From assembly GCA_964474825.1 (NCBI GenBank), contig CAYYWQ010000001.1, forward strand, positions 677,609-741,608: a stretch of DNA of 64,000 nt, given 5' to 3'. Position numbers and translations under genes: made by a program. This DNA comes from an uncultured Candidatus Saccharibacteria bacterium. GTDB lineage: Bacteria; Patescibacteriota; Doudnabacteria; UBA920. The notes under the pieces were generated by a model that saw nothing but the letters and a program-made list of their open reading frames with translations, ran no database searches and had not been told where the DNA came from. Positions 36,644 through 46,482 of the stretch are shown piece after piece (position 1 is the stretch's first letter; every line of letters begins with the position of its first letter).

Positions 36644-37114
36644 ATGAACAAATCTATCATCACCACAATTGTGGTGGCAGTCATTGTGGGAGTCGTGGGT
36701 TTTTTTGGCGGCTACAAGTATGGGCAAGGCAAAACAACAGGAATTCCGGGCAACCGTCAAATAAATTTCTTAGGCGGTCCGGCCGGCGCAACAGGCGCCA
36801 CGCGTCGCTTTGGCACCACCGGCAATAATTTCGTCAACGGCACTATTTTGTCCAAGGACGAAAGCGGCATTACGGTGCAGACGCGGGGCGGCTTGCCAGG
36901 CAGCGCCACATCAACTACAGGCTCTAAAATTGTAATTGTTTCAAACAACACCCAAATTTTTAAAGCAGTGCAAGGCACGTCCGCCGACTTAACCGTTGGC
37001 GAAAATGTTACGGTTACAGGGACAGACAACCCTGCTGGCGCCTTAACCGCGCAAACTATCCAGGTCAGGCAAATGCCGCCGGCCGGCCAGCCTAACGTCT
37101 TTATGGGAAATTAG
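36644..37114 (+). CDS. Small membrane-anchored/secreted hypothetical protein (Gly/Thr-rich)
   Basis: N-terminal TM segment IITTIVVAVIVGVVGFFGG. The remainder is low-complexity and predicted extracytoplasmic. Confidence 0.5.
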   Translation: MNKSIITTIVVAVIVGVVGFFGGYKYGQGKTTGIPGNRQINFLGGPAGATGATRRFGTTGNNFVNGTILSKDESGITVQTRGGLPGSATSTTGSKIVIVSNNTQIFKAVQGTSADLTVGENVTVTGTDNPAGALTAQTIQVRQMPPAGQPNVFMGN

Positions 37115-37173
37115 ACACCACTTTAAAATCTGCTATACTACAATCTGTCTAAAAATAATTAAACTATTTAACT

Positions 37174-37713
37174 ATGGACGAAAACACCACACCTCAAACC
37201 ACTCCCCCAACGGGCAAAAACAACACAGCTATTTGGGTCACAATTATTGTAATCGTAGTACTGCTTATAGTCGGCTTTTTCTTAATGCAGAACAAAAACA
37301 ACGACCAAGAACAAAACGAGGACACAAGCCAGGACCAAGTTATACCAACAATTCCCGATACCACTCCGACCGCAACCCCCTCCGCTGCAGACAACATGCC
37401 CACTCCTACCACCACCCCAACGTCTACAGCTCAGGAAACAAAAACTTTTACCATTGAAGGCGGTGAATTTTACTATAAGCCAAATAAAATAACCGTCAAC
37501 AAGGGCGATAAAGTAAAAATTATTTTTAACAACGTCGGAGGCTTCCACGATTTAGTCATAGACGAATTTAGTGGCGCGCGCACTCCAAGAATACAAGGCA
37601 ACCAAACTTCTACCATTGAATTTACAGCCGACAAAACCGGAAGCTTCGCCTACTACTGTTCCGTAGGCAGCCACCGCCAAATGGGCATGGAAGGCACTCT
37701 AATAGTCCAGTAA
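37174..37713 (+). CDS. Membrane-anchored cupredoxin (blue-copper, plastocyanin/azurin-like) domain protein
   Basis: TM anchor, Pro/Thr linker, then the type-1 copper ligand pattern H (GGFHDLV) ... C-x2-H-x2-M (YYCSVGSHRQMGMEGTL). Confidence 0.7.
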   Translation: MDENTTPQTTPPTGKNNTAIWVTIIVIVVLLIVGFFLMQNKNNDQEQNEDTSQDQVIPTIPDTTPTATPSAADNMPTPTTTPTSTAQETKTFTIEGGEFYYKPNKITVNKGDKVKIIFNNVGGFHDLVIDEFSGARTPRIQGNQTSTIEFTADKTGSFAYYCSVGSHRQMGMEGTLIVQ

Positions 37714-37724
37714 GCTTTACCTAT

Positions 37725-37761
37725 AAAAAAAGCCGGCCACCTCAAGGGTAGCCGGCTTTTT
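37725..37761 (+). terminator. Rho-independent terminator
   Basis: AAAAAAAGCCGGCCACC-TCAAGGG-TAGCCGGCTTTTT. Confidence 0.8.
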
Positions 37762-37845
37762 AAATTTGTGTAACAATGTACATTCCAAGAAACAATTTAC
37801 CAAATTTAACGATATAAATAATAGTAAACTACCCCTGCAAATGTT

Positions 37846-38403
37846 ATGGATATAAAAGAGCTTGTTTACAAGGCCAAAAACGGGGACAGTTACGCTTTTG
37901 GGCAAATTTACGACGAATTTTCGGCAAAAATTTTCCGCTATATAAAGATTAAAGTCCAGAGCCCCCAGGAAGCCGAAGACGTCCTCCAGGAAGTTTTTTT
38001 AAAGGCCTACAGGGGCCTGGAAGGGCTTAACATGGAAAATTTAAATTTTTCGGCCTGGCTCTACAAAGTAGCCGGGAACACCATAAACGACTTTTTCCGC
38101 AAAAAATACCGCTCCCCCCAAATTTCGGAACTAAACGACAATCTTGACGTAGCGGGCGGGAGTTTAATAGAAAAAGATTTTGAAATTAACTGGGACTGGA
38201 ACCTTGCGCACACGGCTTTTCAAGAACTTCCCCCCATATACAGGCAGGTGCTGGAACTGCGGTTTGTACAGGATTTGTCTTTAAGCGAAGTCTCGGAAAT
38301 TTTAAACAAGAATAATTTGTCCGTGCGCTTAATTCAGCACCGCGCTCTAAAAAAAATCCGCAAAATTTTAAACAACAGTAACTTAGAATATGGAAAAATT
38401 TAA
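37846..38403 (+). CDS. ECF-subfamily RNA polymerase sigma-70 factor (second copy)
   Basis: Region 2 (DVLQEVFLKAYRGLEGL...FSAWLYKVAGNTINDFFRK) and region 4 (LSEVSEILNKNNLSVRLIQHRALKKIRK). Confidence 0.85.
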   Translation: MDIKELVYKAKNGDSYAFGQIYDEFSAKIFRYIKIKVQSPQEAEDVLQEVFLKAYRGLEGLNMENLNFSAWLYKVAGNTINDFFRKKYRSPQISELNDNLDVAGGSLIEKDFEINWDWNLAHTAFQELPPIYRQVLELRFVQDLSLSEVSEILNKNNLSVRLIQHRALKKIRKILNNSNLEYGKI

Positions 38404-39265
38404 ACAGGAAATTTCAGCAATAAAACAGTTAAGTGGGCATGACCATTCTTTGCCGCCTGAACGGCAAGAACTTATTAAACAGCGCCTGCTTGCGGCTATT
38501 GCCAATGAACCTTTACCACAGACGCAGAAACATTTTCCGTCGTGGAAAGAAAAAATAAGCAAGATTTTTCGCCTGGCTGCTTCCGTGGCCCTAGGGTTGT
38601 CTTTAGCCGGCGGCACGGCATATGCAGCGGGTAATTCAAAACCCGGGGATGTTTTGTACCCTGTTAAACTAGCAACCGAAAAAATTCGCCTGGGGCTTTC
38701 GATTACAGAACAAACCAAAGCCCAGCTTCAGGCCCAATTTGCTTTGGAAAGGCTCAGGGAGCTTAAAGAAATAAAGCTTAAAAATTTTCCCGTGCAAATT
38801 TTGGACAACAGTAATACCCACAGCGGCAGCACTTCCACGGCCCAAGGCGAAGTATGGCTAACTTTGCCAGCAAACGCCACTGGCTCTCCCCTGCTGAATA
38901 AAAGGCAAAATCAACTACAAGTTAACACCCAAGCAGAAGCTAATTTGGAAATTAGCGCGGCAATTAGCTCCTTAGAAAAAGTCCAAAGCAAACTTCAGGA
39001 TAAAGGAGAAACCGAAGCGGCGGAAAAAATTTCCAAAAAAATTCTCCAGCTCCAAACCGGCGCCAAAAGTGAAAATATCATTATTACCAAAAATAAAGAA
39101 AAACAGGGGGAGAACAACGCAGCTACCAGCACTCCTGCACAAGCCCGGGAAAAAAATACCATAAAAAAACCGGAAACTCCTAAATTACAAATGCAAATAA
39201 TAGACAAAACCGGAAGCTCCAGCCCATCAGGATTAATTAAGAAATTGCCTTTAAAAAAAGACTGA
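38390..39265 (+). CDS. Putative anti-sigma factor / membrane-anchored coiled-coil protein (overlaps the sigma gene by 14 nt)
   Basis: Translationally coupled to the ECF sigma. One central TM segment (LAASVALGLSLAGGTAYAAG). Assignment by context only. Confidence 0.4.
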   Translation: MEKFKQEISAIKQLSGHDHSLPPERQELIKQRLLAAIANEPLPQTQKHFPSWKEKISKIFRLAASVALGLSLAGGTAYAAGNSKPGDVLYPVKLATEKIRLGLSITEQTKAQLQAQFALERLRELKEIKLKNFPVQILDNSNTHSGSTSTAQGEVWLTLPANATGSPLLNKRQNQLQVNTQAEANLEISAAISSLEKVQSKLQDKGETEAAEKISKKILQLQTGAKSENIIITKNKEKQGENNAATSTPAQAREKNTIKKPETPKLQMQIIDKTGSSSPSGLIKKLPLKKD

Positions 39266-39335
39266 AACAATCCCAGCCGCATAGCGATATACTGCCCAGA
39301 GAGTGAAAAATTAACTCAAAGGGAAAGGTAAATTT

Positions 39336-39785
39336 ATGCGCAAATTTTTACAAACATCTATAGTCATTGGATTAATTGGCCTTTTGCCAACCTTGGCTTT
39401 GGCCCACAACCTTAACACTGAAGGTTCGGCTAAAACCTCCGCGCGAGGGGTTAAAATTAACAACGGGCTGCATTTAGGCTGGGAAAAACAGGACAACAAA
39501 CACGAAAAAAATGACGCGGCAACCACAACTCCCGCAAACACCCATCCGGCTTCCGGCCGTGGGACTGTAACCGCGGTTTCCGGAAACAATTTTACTTTGC
39601 AGTTAAACAATCACGGTATTATAAGCTCCGCGACAGTTAACACAAACGCCAGCACAACTATTATTACTAAAAATGGGACAGCCACCACGACTGCTGCAAT
39701 AACAGTTGGCTCCAAAGTAAAAGTTAAAGGTTTTTGGGACGAAATCTCAAATATTTTAAAAGCAATAAAAGTTAAAATCTTCTAA
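39336..39785 (+). CDS. Small secreted hypothetical protein (signal peptide; Thr/Asn-rich; distantly resembles the 36644 product)
   Basis: Signal peptide MRKFLQTSIVIGLIGLLPTLALA. A C-terminal ...ITVGSKVKVKG... segment parallels ...LTVGENVTVTG... in the 36644 ORF. Confidence 0.5.
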   Translation: MRKFLQTSIVIGLIGLLPTLALAHNLNTEGSAKTSARGVKINNGLHLGWEKQDNKHEKNDAATTTPANTHPASGRGTVTAVSGNNFTLQLNNHGIISSATVNTNASTTIITKNGTATTTAAITVGSKVKVKGFWDEISNILKAIKVKIF

Positions 39786-39872
39786 AAAAACTGGCTGAAA
39801 AAATTATAAGGAGACAAAATGCCCCGGCTACGGCTGGGGTGTTTTGTTGTTGGCGTTATGTTATAATAAACC

Positions 39873-40457
39873 ATGACTTGGTATGAGCATCTTCTTGGAT
39901 TTTTAAGTTTTTCCCGCTACGCGCTGGTATTTATTGGCTGTATTGTGGAAGGGCCGGTGGTAATGGTAACAACCGGATTTCTGCTTAAAGCCGGACAGTT
40001 TCAGTTGGTTCCATTGTATTTCACACTCATGGCCGGAGATTTTGTTGCTGACATGGGATGGTACGCATTTGGCCGCTTTGGTGCCCGCAAGCTTATTAAC
40101 CGCTTCGGGCATTTTTTAAATATTACTCCCGAGGTCATAACAAAAATTGAAAAACGTTTTCATAAGTACCAAGACAGAATTCTTTTTATTTCCAAAATTA
40201 CTATGGGCTTTGGTTTTGCCTTAGCAACTCTAATAGTTGCCGGCATGCTGCATGTGCAGTTTAAGCGTTATGTTTTACTTAATTTTTTAGGTGGCTTCAT
40301 TTGGACAGCACTGCTTATAGCCTTAGGGTACTTCTTTGGCCAAGTTTATTTTTCACTCGCGGGCCCGGTCAAAACCGTTTTCCTTATTTTAGCTCCAATT
40401 GTTGTAATCTATGGCTTATGGGCAATTAACAGGTATTTGATAAAGAAAGAAATATGA
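39873..40457 (+). CDS. DedA/SNARE-associated (VTT domain) family membrane protein
   Basis: The ~190-aa, 4-5 TM topology and the characteristic G.F..K......P motif region (GFLLKAGQFQLVPLYFTLMAGDFVADMGWYAFGR). Confidence 0.75.
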   Translation: MTWYEHLLGFLSFSRYALVFIGCIVEGPVVMVTTGFLLKAGQFQLVPLYFTLMAGDFVADMGWYAFGRFGARKLINRFGHFLNITPEVITKIEKRFHKYQDRILFISKITMGFGFALATLIVAGMLHVQFKRYVLLNFLGGFIWTALLIALGYFFGQVYFSLAGPVKTVFLILAPIVVIYGLWAINRYLIKKEI

Positions 40458-41182
40458 GGCTTTCAATAATAATTCCTACCTTAAACGAAGAAAAAATTTT
40501 AGAGCGGACTATTAAAGCGCTCCGTCTTTTAAACAATATTGATTATGAAATTATTGTTTCCGATGGCTTAAGCACCGACAGCACGCTTGATATTGCCAAA
40601 CGCCTGGCAGACAAAGTTGTAGTACATGAAAGCAAGACCAGGCAGACTATTGGGCAGGCGCGCAACGCCGGCGCCGCGGCGGCCATTGGAGAATTTTTAG
40701 TTTTTTTAGACGCGGATGTTACTATTTTTAATCCTAATGATTTTTTTAAGCGGGCTTTGGCGCATTTTCAAAAAGACCCAAAGCTTGTTGGCCTGGGCGG
40801 CTGGCTTAAAGTCTTTCCGGAAATGGAAACTATTGGCGACCGCATAGGCTACGGCATATTTTCTAACTGGTCATTCACCATCCATAACAACATTTTAAAA
40901 ATTGGCGGCAACTGCGGAGAGTTTGGAATAATCAGGGCCGATGTTTTCCATAAACTTGGAGGCTACCACGAAAACTTGGCTGCCGGAGAAGATTTTGAAC
41001 TTTTCCGCCGTTTAGCTAAAGCTGGGCGTGTCTTTACCGACTCAAAACTTGTAGTCTTCCATACAGGCCGCCGGCCTCATACCATAGGCTGGCCAAAACT
41101 TCTTTTTACGTGGTTTAAAGAATTTATTTACGTGGCTGTGTTCCATCGTTCGGCAAGTAAGGAATGGACAGTAATTAGATAA
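40454..41182 (+). CDS. Family 2 glycosyltransferase
   Basis: LSIIIPTLNEEKIL (N-terminal GT2 motif), DYEIIVSDGLSTDST (DxD context) and FLDADV (DxD). Confidence 0.8.
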   Translation: MRLSIIIPTLNEEKILERTIKALRLLNNIDYEIIVSDGLSTDSTLDIAKRLADKVVVHESKTRQTIGQARNAGAAAAIGEFLVFLDADVTIFNPNDFFKRALAHFQKDPKLVGLGGWLKVFPEMETIGDRIGYGIFSNWSFTIHNNILKIGGNCGEFGIIRADVFHKLGGYHENLAAGEDFELFRRLAKAGRVFTDSKLVVFHTGRRPHTIGWPKLLFTWFKEFIYVAVFHRSASKEWTVIR

Positions 41183-41189
41183 ACTACCT

Positions 41190-41828
41190 ATGAAAAAACT
41201 GCTACTTATTGGTTTAATTTTTTTGGCTGCCGGATGCGGTAAAACTATTGCTCCCAATACGCCTTCGCCAATAGCAACTCCTAGCCCCACCTCATCGGAA
41301 GCTCCTTCCCCTGTTCCAACATCTACGATGATGATCGAGGAGCCTATTAGCAACGCTCTGACGCGTGTTACTAAGAAATCTTTTGGCACTTATGTGAATC
41401 CACAAAATTCTCCTGTTAGCCCGGAAGTATTTACAGGCTTTCACACAGCAGTAGATTTTGAAACTGGTGAAGATGAAAAAGATATTGACGTCCCAATTTA
41501 CGCTATATGCGACGGAAAATTACTGCAAAAAAGATCTGTCACGGGTTATGGCGGCATGATTGTGCAATCTTGCTTGGTAAATAATGAGCCAGTAACGGTT
41601 ATATATGGACACTTACGACTTTCAAGCATTTCTTTAAAGAGCGGTGATGCGGTTAAAGCCGGCGATCAATTAGCAGTTTTAGGAACCGGGTATAGCTCAG
41701 AAACCAGCAATGAGCGCAAACATTTACACTTGGGAATTCACAAAGGCACCGCCATAAATATTTTAGGCTATGTCCAAAATAAAAAAGACCTAGCCTTTTG
41801 GTTAGATCCTTTAACATTACTTAAGTAA
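41190..41828 (+). CDS. M23/LytM-family metallopeptidase lipoprotein
   Basis: Lipobox LAAGC. M23 motifs HTAVDF (HxxxD) and HLHLGIH (HxH). Ser/Pro/Thr-rich linker. Confidence 0.75.
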   Translation: MKKLLLIGLIFLAAGCGKTIAPNTPSPIATPSPTSSEAPSPVPTSTMMIEEPISNALTRVTKKSFGTYVNPQNSPVSPEVFTGFHTAVDFETGEDEKDIDVPIYAICDGKLLQKRSVTGYGGMIVQSCLVNNEPVTVIYGHLRLSSISLKSGDAVKAGDQLAVLGTGYSSETSNERKHLHLGIHKGTAINILGYVQNKKDLAFWLDPLTLLK

Positions 41829-41831
41829 TAA

Positions 41832-42290
41832 CTATTTTGTCCTGGCTTTTGGGTCCAAAAAATTAATCTGCGCCACAACAACCAAAGACAACGCAATAAT
41901 TAAAACATTTTTTATAATATATTGTCCTTCCAGTGTGGGCACCAAAAACCCTTGCCAAGTTACTGAAGGCAGTAAAACCAACGGCATAAAAGTCGTGAAC
42001 ATGTGAACGGCGAGCAGAGCGGCAACTACTCTTTCCACTTTGGGGATTAAAAATAAAATACCAATAAGAATTTCAAAAAGCGCTAACAAAATAATAAATT
42101 GGTCAAAAGTAATAAAGGGCAAGGTGCGCTTAAGCAGGTCTTCTACTAAAGGATTAGCCGGACTGCTGCCAACTAACTTTAAAATACCAAACCAAAAATA
42201 AACAATAAAAATAGCCACCCGCGCAAAAATGAGGTGGTATTTTTTTATGAAAGCTAAAACAACGTAATCGAACTTGTGTATTTTACTCAT
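41832..42290 (-). CDS. DoxX-like small membrane protein
   Basis: About 150 aa and 4 TM, with the conserved DoxX-style FIVYFWFGILKLVG segment. Family call is moderate. Confidence 0.5.
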   Translation of the reverse strand: MSKIHKFDYVVLAFIKKYHLIFARVAIFIVYFWFGILKLVGSSPANPLVEDLLKRTLPFITFDQFIILLALFEILIGILFLIPKVERVVAALLAVHMFTTFMPLVLLPSVTWQGFLVPTLEGQYIIKNVLIIALSLVVVAQINFLDPKARTK

Positions 42291-42318
42291 ATTTATTTTT
42301 TTATTTTATTGTTTAAAT

Positions 42319-43044
42319 TTAAGCCAGCCTGGTTATAAGGTAAATAAAAACAGTACCAAAAACTGTGAGTCCGATTAATTTAGTAGAACTATTTTTACTA
42401 TGGGCTTCGGGCAAAATGTCGCTCGCGCCTATGTAAAGCAAAAATCCGGCAAAGAAACCCAAGTACCACAGCAAAAAATGAGGAGAAACGCTGAAAAATA
42501 AAGTGGAGACCGCTCCGAGCATTGGCGCTAGGGAATCTATTAATAAAAACCATTTGGTTTTTTTAGTGGTGTTGTTATGGTTAAACATTAAAGCCACGGT
42601 GTTCATGCCGTCTGTAAAGTCGTGGGAAATTACTGCTATGGCAACAATTAAGCCAACGGCAGGACTTACCTGAAAACCCAAACCAATCCCCACGCCGTCC
42701 ATAAAACTGTGTCCGGCAAGCGCAATGGCGGACATTACACCCACGTGCGGGTGCTTATGTTCGGCATAATCCCCCTCATGCGCGTGGTGGATCATTATGG
42801 ATTTTTCTAAAATATGGAACAGCAAAAAACCAATGACCAAGGCTATCATTGGCTCAATAGGCTTAAAACCATATTCATTTACCTGACTAATAATTTCCGG
42901 AAGAATATCAAAAGCTACAACGCCAAGCAAGACTCCGGCAGTAAAGCCCATTATTAAATGCAGCTTTTTCTTAAAACGAAGGGCAAACAAACCGCCAAAC
43001 AAAGTAGAAAAAAAAGTGGCAAGGGCTAAAAGAACTATTTGCAT
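42319..43044 (-). CDS. zupT: ZIP-family metal (zinc) transporter (ZupT-like)
   Basis: His-rich cytoplasmic loop HHAHEGDYAEHKHPH. ZIP signature helices HSFMDGVGIGLGFQ and ISHDFTDG. Confidence 0.8.
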   Translation of the reverse strand: MQIVLLALATFFSTLFGGLFALRFKKKLHLIMGFTAGVLLGVVAFDILPEIISQVNEYGFKPIEPMIALVIGFLLFHILEKSIMIHHAHEGDYAEHKHPHVGVMSAIALAGHSFMDGVGIGLGFQVSPAVGLIVAIAVISHDFTDGMNTVALMFNHNNTTKKTKWFLLIDSLAPMLGAVSTLFFSVSPHFLLWYLGFFAGFLLYIGASDILPEAHSKNSSTKLIGLTVFGTVFIYLITRLA

Positions 43045-43054
43045 GTTTTATAAA

Positions 43055-43474
43055 TTAATTATTACAATTTTTACAAAGACCAAAAAATTCCAGGGAGTGC
43101 CTTGTTATTTTAAATTTCTGCTCGGTCAATACCCGCTTTTCAATATTACCCACGTCGTGCTTTACCTCAATGTCTTTAACTTCCCCGCAGTCAGTGCAAA
43201 CCAAATGATGATGGTGGTGTCCAGCTAGTTCATAACGAATTTTACCGTCTCCAAAATCTACCTGGTGAATAATCCCATAACCACTTAACACTATAAGTTC
43301 CCGATAGGTTGTTGTTTTATTAACCACCTTCCCTTTTTTTGCCAACAGCTCTCTAATTTCTAACTCAGTCATTGGCAAATGCCGCTGCTCAAGTATATCA
43401 ATTACGAACTGTCGTGTTTGGGTTAACCTTGCCCCTTTTTGCTTTAATAAACCAATAGCCTTATTCATAAACAT
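43055..43474 (-). CDS. zur: Fur-family metalloregulator (Zur-like, given the zupT linkage). I trimmed the ORF-track start at 43549; the real start is at the MFMNK.../MNK... Met.
   Basis: wHTH LTQTRQFVIDIL, the metal site HHHHHLVCTDCG...C..C at the C-terminus. The 25-codon upstream extension in the ORF track contains an operator-like palindrome and has no RBS. Confidence 0.8.
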   Translation of the reverse strand: MFMNKAIGLLKQKGARLTQTRQFVIDILEQRHLPMTELEIRELLAKKGKVVNKTTTYRELIVLSGYGIIHQVDFGDGKIRYELAGHHHHHLVCTDCGEVKDIEVKHDVGNIEKRVLTEQKFKITRHSLEFFGLCKNCNN

Positions 43475-43479
43475 ATAAT

Positions 43480-43498
43480 AACGCAACTTAGTTGCGTT
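43480..43498. promoter_or_regulatory. 19-bp palindrome AACGCAAC-TTA-GTTGCGTT immediately upstream of the zur start (candidate operator or leader hairpin)
   Basis: Perfect 8-bp arms with a 3-nt spacer, 6 nt from the Met codon. It does not match the AT-rich Fur-box consensus, so its identity is open. Confidence 0.3.
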
Positions 43499-43590
43499 TG
43501 TCAAATAATAACCCTCTCTTTCAAAGATATAAATTGACCGGCTGGGCATATTTCTTTATACTTCTTCTATCTTCTTAAGGAGGTTACCCT

Positions 43591-44109
43591 ATGCCTAGCA
43601 CAGCGGTGCTGGAACCAAGCGTAACACTGGCTACAACACGAGCAACAACGGCACAGGAATGCCCTGTTCCGACAGTCGAAGGCGCATTTCGCGCCGTTCG
43701 ACTAACCGTAATGAACGGCAAAACCAGACGGCAACTCAAGCATAAGGCCGAGTTGCAGATGTACCACGATACCATGCTGGTCAAACCGCGTAATTACAAT
43801 GACATCCTGAGGATGGGCTGGATCTGGCACGTCGGCAAGTACGACCCCGCTACTGGACACTTCAAGGCACTCGACTACCTCGGCATGACTGAGGTCGATA
43901 CGCCGGCCGATCCACTGTTCGTGAGCATGACGGCCGCGCTGGACCGGGAACTGTCCAAGGTGCCGGGGATCCAATACCGCTTCACGGTGGAAAGCCTCTG
44001 GATCGACCCGATTGGCGCGGTTGAAATCTGGACCGGCGGCGTCAAACGGATCTACCGTTACTACGCCTGGTACGGCAACCGCACCACCTGGCCGCCCAGC
44101 CGCGGCTAG
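43591..44109 (+). CDS. Orphan GC-rich hypothetical protein (172 aa), compositionally foreign
   Basis: A strong AAGGAGG RBS 7 nt upstream. Codon GC is far above the neighbouring genes. No TM segment and no recognisable motif. It is followed by a 9-bp-stem hairpin (GACCGGTAG...CTACCGGTC) and a T-run. Confidence 0.5.
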   Translation: MPSTAVLEPSVTLATTRATTAQECPVPTVEGAFRAVRLTVMNGKTRRQLKHKAELQMYHDTMLVKPRNYNDILRMGWIWHVGKYDPATGHFKALDYLGMTEVDTPADPLFVSMTAALDRELSKVPGIQYRFTVESLWIDPIGAVEIWTGGVKRIYRYYAWYGNRTTWPPSRG

Positions 44110-44287
44110 TCCGCCAACCGCTTCGCGGCCAGATTTTGGCCGCCGCTTAAAGCTGCTCCCACGAGCAAGACCGGTAGAATTGTTGTCAGCACCTGCGCTG
44201 ATGATGATACTACCGGTCTTTCATTTGGAAAACATTGATATGATTACAATAATCTCCTTTGTACACGAAGATTTTTATATTTAAAAA

Positions 44288-46471
44288 TCAAATTTTATTA
44301 TTTTTTATTCTCAAACTATTTCCAACAACACTAAAACTGGAAAAGGCCATGGCTGCGCCGGCTATCATGGGGTTTAAATACCCTAGTGCTGCTAGCGGAA
44401 TAGCCGCTACATTATAGAAGAAGGCCCAAAATAAATTTTGTTTAATAATGCTAAAAGTTTTTTGGGACAATTGCAGTGCCTGAACAACCTTTAGAGGACT
44501 TCCTTTTACCAAAACAAGCTCACCGGATTCAATTGCAATGTCTGTGCCTGTGCCAATAGCTATACCTAGGTCGGCTTGCACTAAGGCCGGAGCGTCGTTA
44601 ATGCCGTCGCCAACAAATGCAACTTTTTTCCCTTGAGCCTGAAGTTTTTTTACTTCCGCGGCTTTGTCCTGTGGCAAGACCTCTGCCAGAACTTGATCTA
44701 CCCCCGCCTCTTTAGCAATAGCCTGCGCGGTTCTTTGATTGTCCCCGCTAATCATAATACTCGTAATACCCATAGCCTTTAGTTTACCTATGGCTTCCTT
44801 GGCGTCAGGCTTTAAAGTATCGGCAATCGCAATAACGCCAATCATCTGCTTGTTTTTTACAACGCAGACAACTGTTTTTGCCTCATGTTCCAAACTTTCA
44901 ATTTGGGATTTTAAATTATTTTCTATGTCTAGTTCTAAAATTAATCTCGGACTGCCTATTAAAATTTCATCTTGGCCAACTTTCGCGGAAACTCCTTTAC
45001 CTGCCAAATTAAGAAAATCCAATGAAATCGGCAAAATAATTTTGCTTTCTGTAGCAAAACGAAAAACAGCTTGGGCTAACGGATGTTCTGAATGTTTTTC
45101 AACGGAAGCCGCAAAAGCCAATACCTGATTTTTTTCTATTCCTGATAACGGAACAACATCGGTAACCGCAGGTTTACCTTCTGTTAATGTTCCGGTTTTG
45201 TCGAACATAACCACATCTATATGTTTAGCCTTTTCCAAAGCCTGCCCATTTTTTATAAGTATCCCTTTTTTAGCTCCCTCCCCCGTTCCTACTAAAATAG
45301 CTACGGGAGTTGCAAGACCCAAGGCACAAGGACAAGCAATAACCAAAACCGCCACCGCGGCAATTAAACTTCTGCCAATATCTCCGCTAATAAAAAACCA
45401 AACCCCAAAAGTTCCCAAGGCTAACACAATTACTATGGGAACAAAAATTCCGGCAATTTTGTCGGCCAATTTTTGTATGGGGGCTTTTTTTACCTGCGCG
45501 TCTTCCACCATTTTAATTATTTGCGAAAGCACTGTGTCTTTACCGACTTTTAGTGTCTGGATTTCCACGGAGCCGTCTATATTTATGGTGGCGCCAAAAA
45601 TTTCGTCGCCTTCTTTTTTGCTTACAGGCATACTCTCCCCTGTTAACATAGATTCGTCTACAGTTGTTTGGCCTTTAAAAATTTTTCCGTCTACCGGATA
45701 CTTTTCTCCGGGCTTCACCGCTAAAATATCGCCCACCCGAACCTGTTCAATTGCAATTTCGCTTATGTTGCCGTCTTTGATCAAATGCGCGGATTTGGCA
45801 CCCAATTGCATTAGCTTACTAATTGCCTGGCTGGCCTGACCGCGGCTCTTAGCTTCCAAATACCTCCCAAGCAAAAGAAAAGCAGTTATAATGGCAGCAG
45901 TTTCAAAATAAAACTCTTGTCGTCCGGCAAACATTGCCCAAAAACTAAACGCCATGGCTGAGGCAGTTCCCAAAGAAATAAGGGTATCCATATTCGCCGC
46001 AAACTGCCTAAGTAATTTCAAAGTCATAATATGGAATTCTTTACCCACTATAAAAACAGTAATAACGCTTAAAATTGCTTGCAGCCAAATACTGGCATTT
46101 AAAAAACCAATTTGCCAAGGCAAATTTATTTTCATCATTGCTAAAACCAAAGTAGGCACAGCAAAAACTAAAGATACAATTGCTTTATTGCGCGCACTAC
46201 TAACCTCCTTTTCGCCAGCCATGCCCCCATGCTTGTGTTCAATTTCTTGGCGATGATGAGAATGCATTTCAACATGGTAACCATTTTTTTCCACGGCCTT
46301 ATACAGATCGTGTTCGGAAACCTGGGTTTCATCAAACTCCACTGAAGCTGAACGCATTGCGTAATTAACCGAAGCGCTTTTTACCCCCGTTAATTTATTT
46401 AAAGAATTTTCATTACGCGTAACGCAGGAAGCGCAGTGCATGTCCGGAATAAGAAATTTTGTTGTTGTCAT
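44288..46471 (-). CDS. copA: Copper-translocating P1B-type ATPase
   Basis: N-terminal HMA domain with MHCASC. TM CPC motif [12 protein letters not shown]. Phosphorylation site [17 protein letters not shown] hinge. Confidence 0.95.
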   Translation of the reverse strand: MTTTKFLIPDMHCASCVTRNENSLNKLTGVKSASVNYAMRSASVEFDETQVSEHDLYKAVEKNGYHVEMHSHHRQEIEHKHGGMAGEKEVSSARNKAIVSLVFAVPTLVLAMMKINLPWQIGFLNASIWLQAILSVITVFIVGKEFHIMTLKLLRQFAANMDTLISLGTASAMAFSFWAMFAGRQEFYFETAAIITAFLLLGRYLEAKSRGQASQAISKLMQLGAKSAHLIKDGNISEIAIEQVRVGDILAVKPGEKYPVDGKIFKGQTTVDESMLTGESMPVSKKEGDEIFGATINIDGSVEIQTLKVGKDTVLSQIIKMVEDAQVKKAPIQKLADKIAGIFVPIVIVLALGTFGVWFFISGDIGRSLIAAVAVLVIACPCALGLATPVAILVGTGEGAKKGILIKNGQALEKAKHIDVVMFDKTGTLTEGKPAVTDVVPLSGIEKNQVLAFAASVEKHSEHPLAQAVFRFATESKIILPISLDFLNLAGKGVSAKVGQDEILIGSPRLILELDIENNLKSQIESLEHEAKTVVCVVKNKQMIGVIAIADTLKPDAKEAIGKLKAMGITSIMISGDNQRTAQAIAKEAGVDQVLAEVLPQDKAAEVKKLQAQGKKVAFVGDGINDAPALVQADLGIAIGTGTDIAIESGELVLVKGSPLKVVQALQLSQKTFSIIKQNLFWAFFYNVAAIPLAALGYLNPMIAGAAMAFSSFSVVGNSLRIKNNKI

Positions 46472-46482
46472 ATATTTTAAAA

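Noticed and set aside
43475-43549. N-terminal 25-codon extension of the Fur-family ORF in the track
   Set aside because: The extension contains the palindromic operator-like site and has no RBS. The conserved Fur N-terminus begins at the internal Met.
44012-44284. 90-aa ORF overlapping the 3' end of the GC-rich gene and its downstream hairpin
   Set aside because: It is an alternative frame of a GC-rich stretch with Ala/Pro-rich translation typical of out-of-frame GC-rich DNA, and it has no RBS.
44739-46256. Several 100-210-aa ORFs on the plus strand inside copA
   Set aside because: They are antisense to a clearly conserved P-type ATPase gene and are considered spurious.
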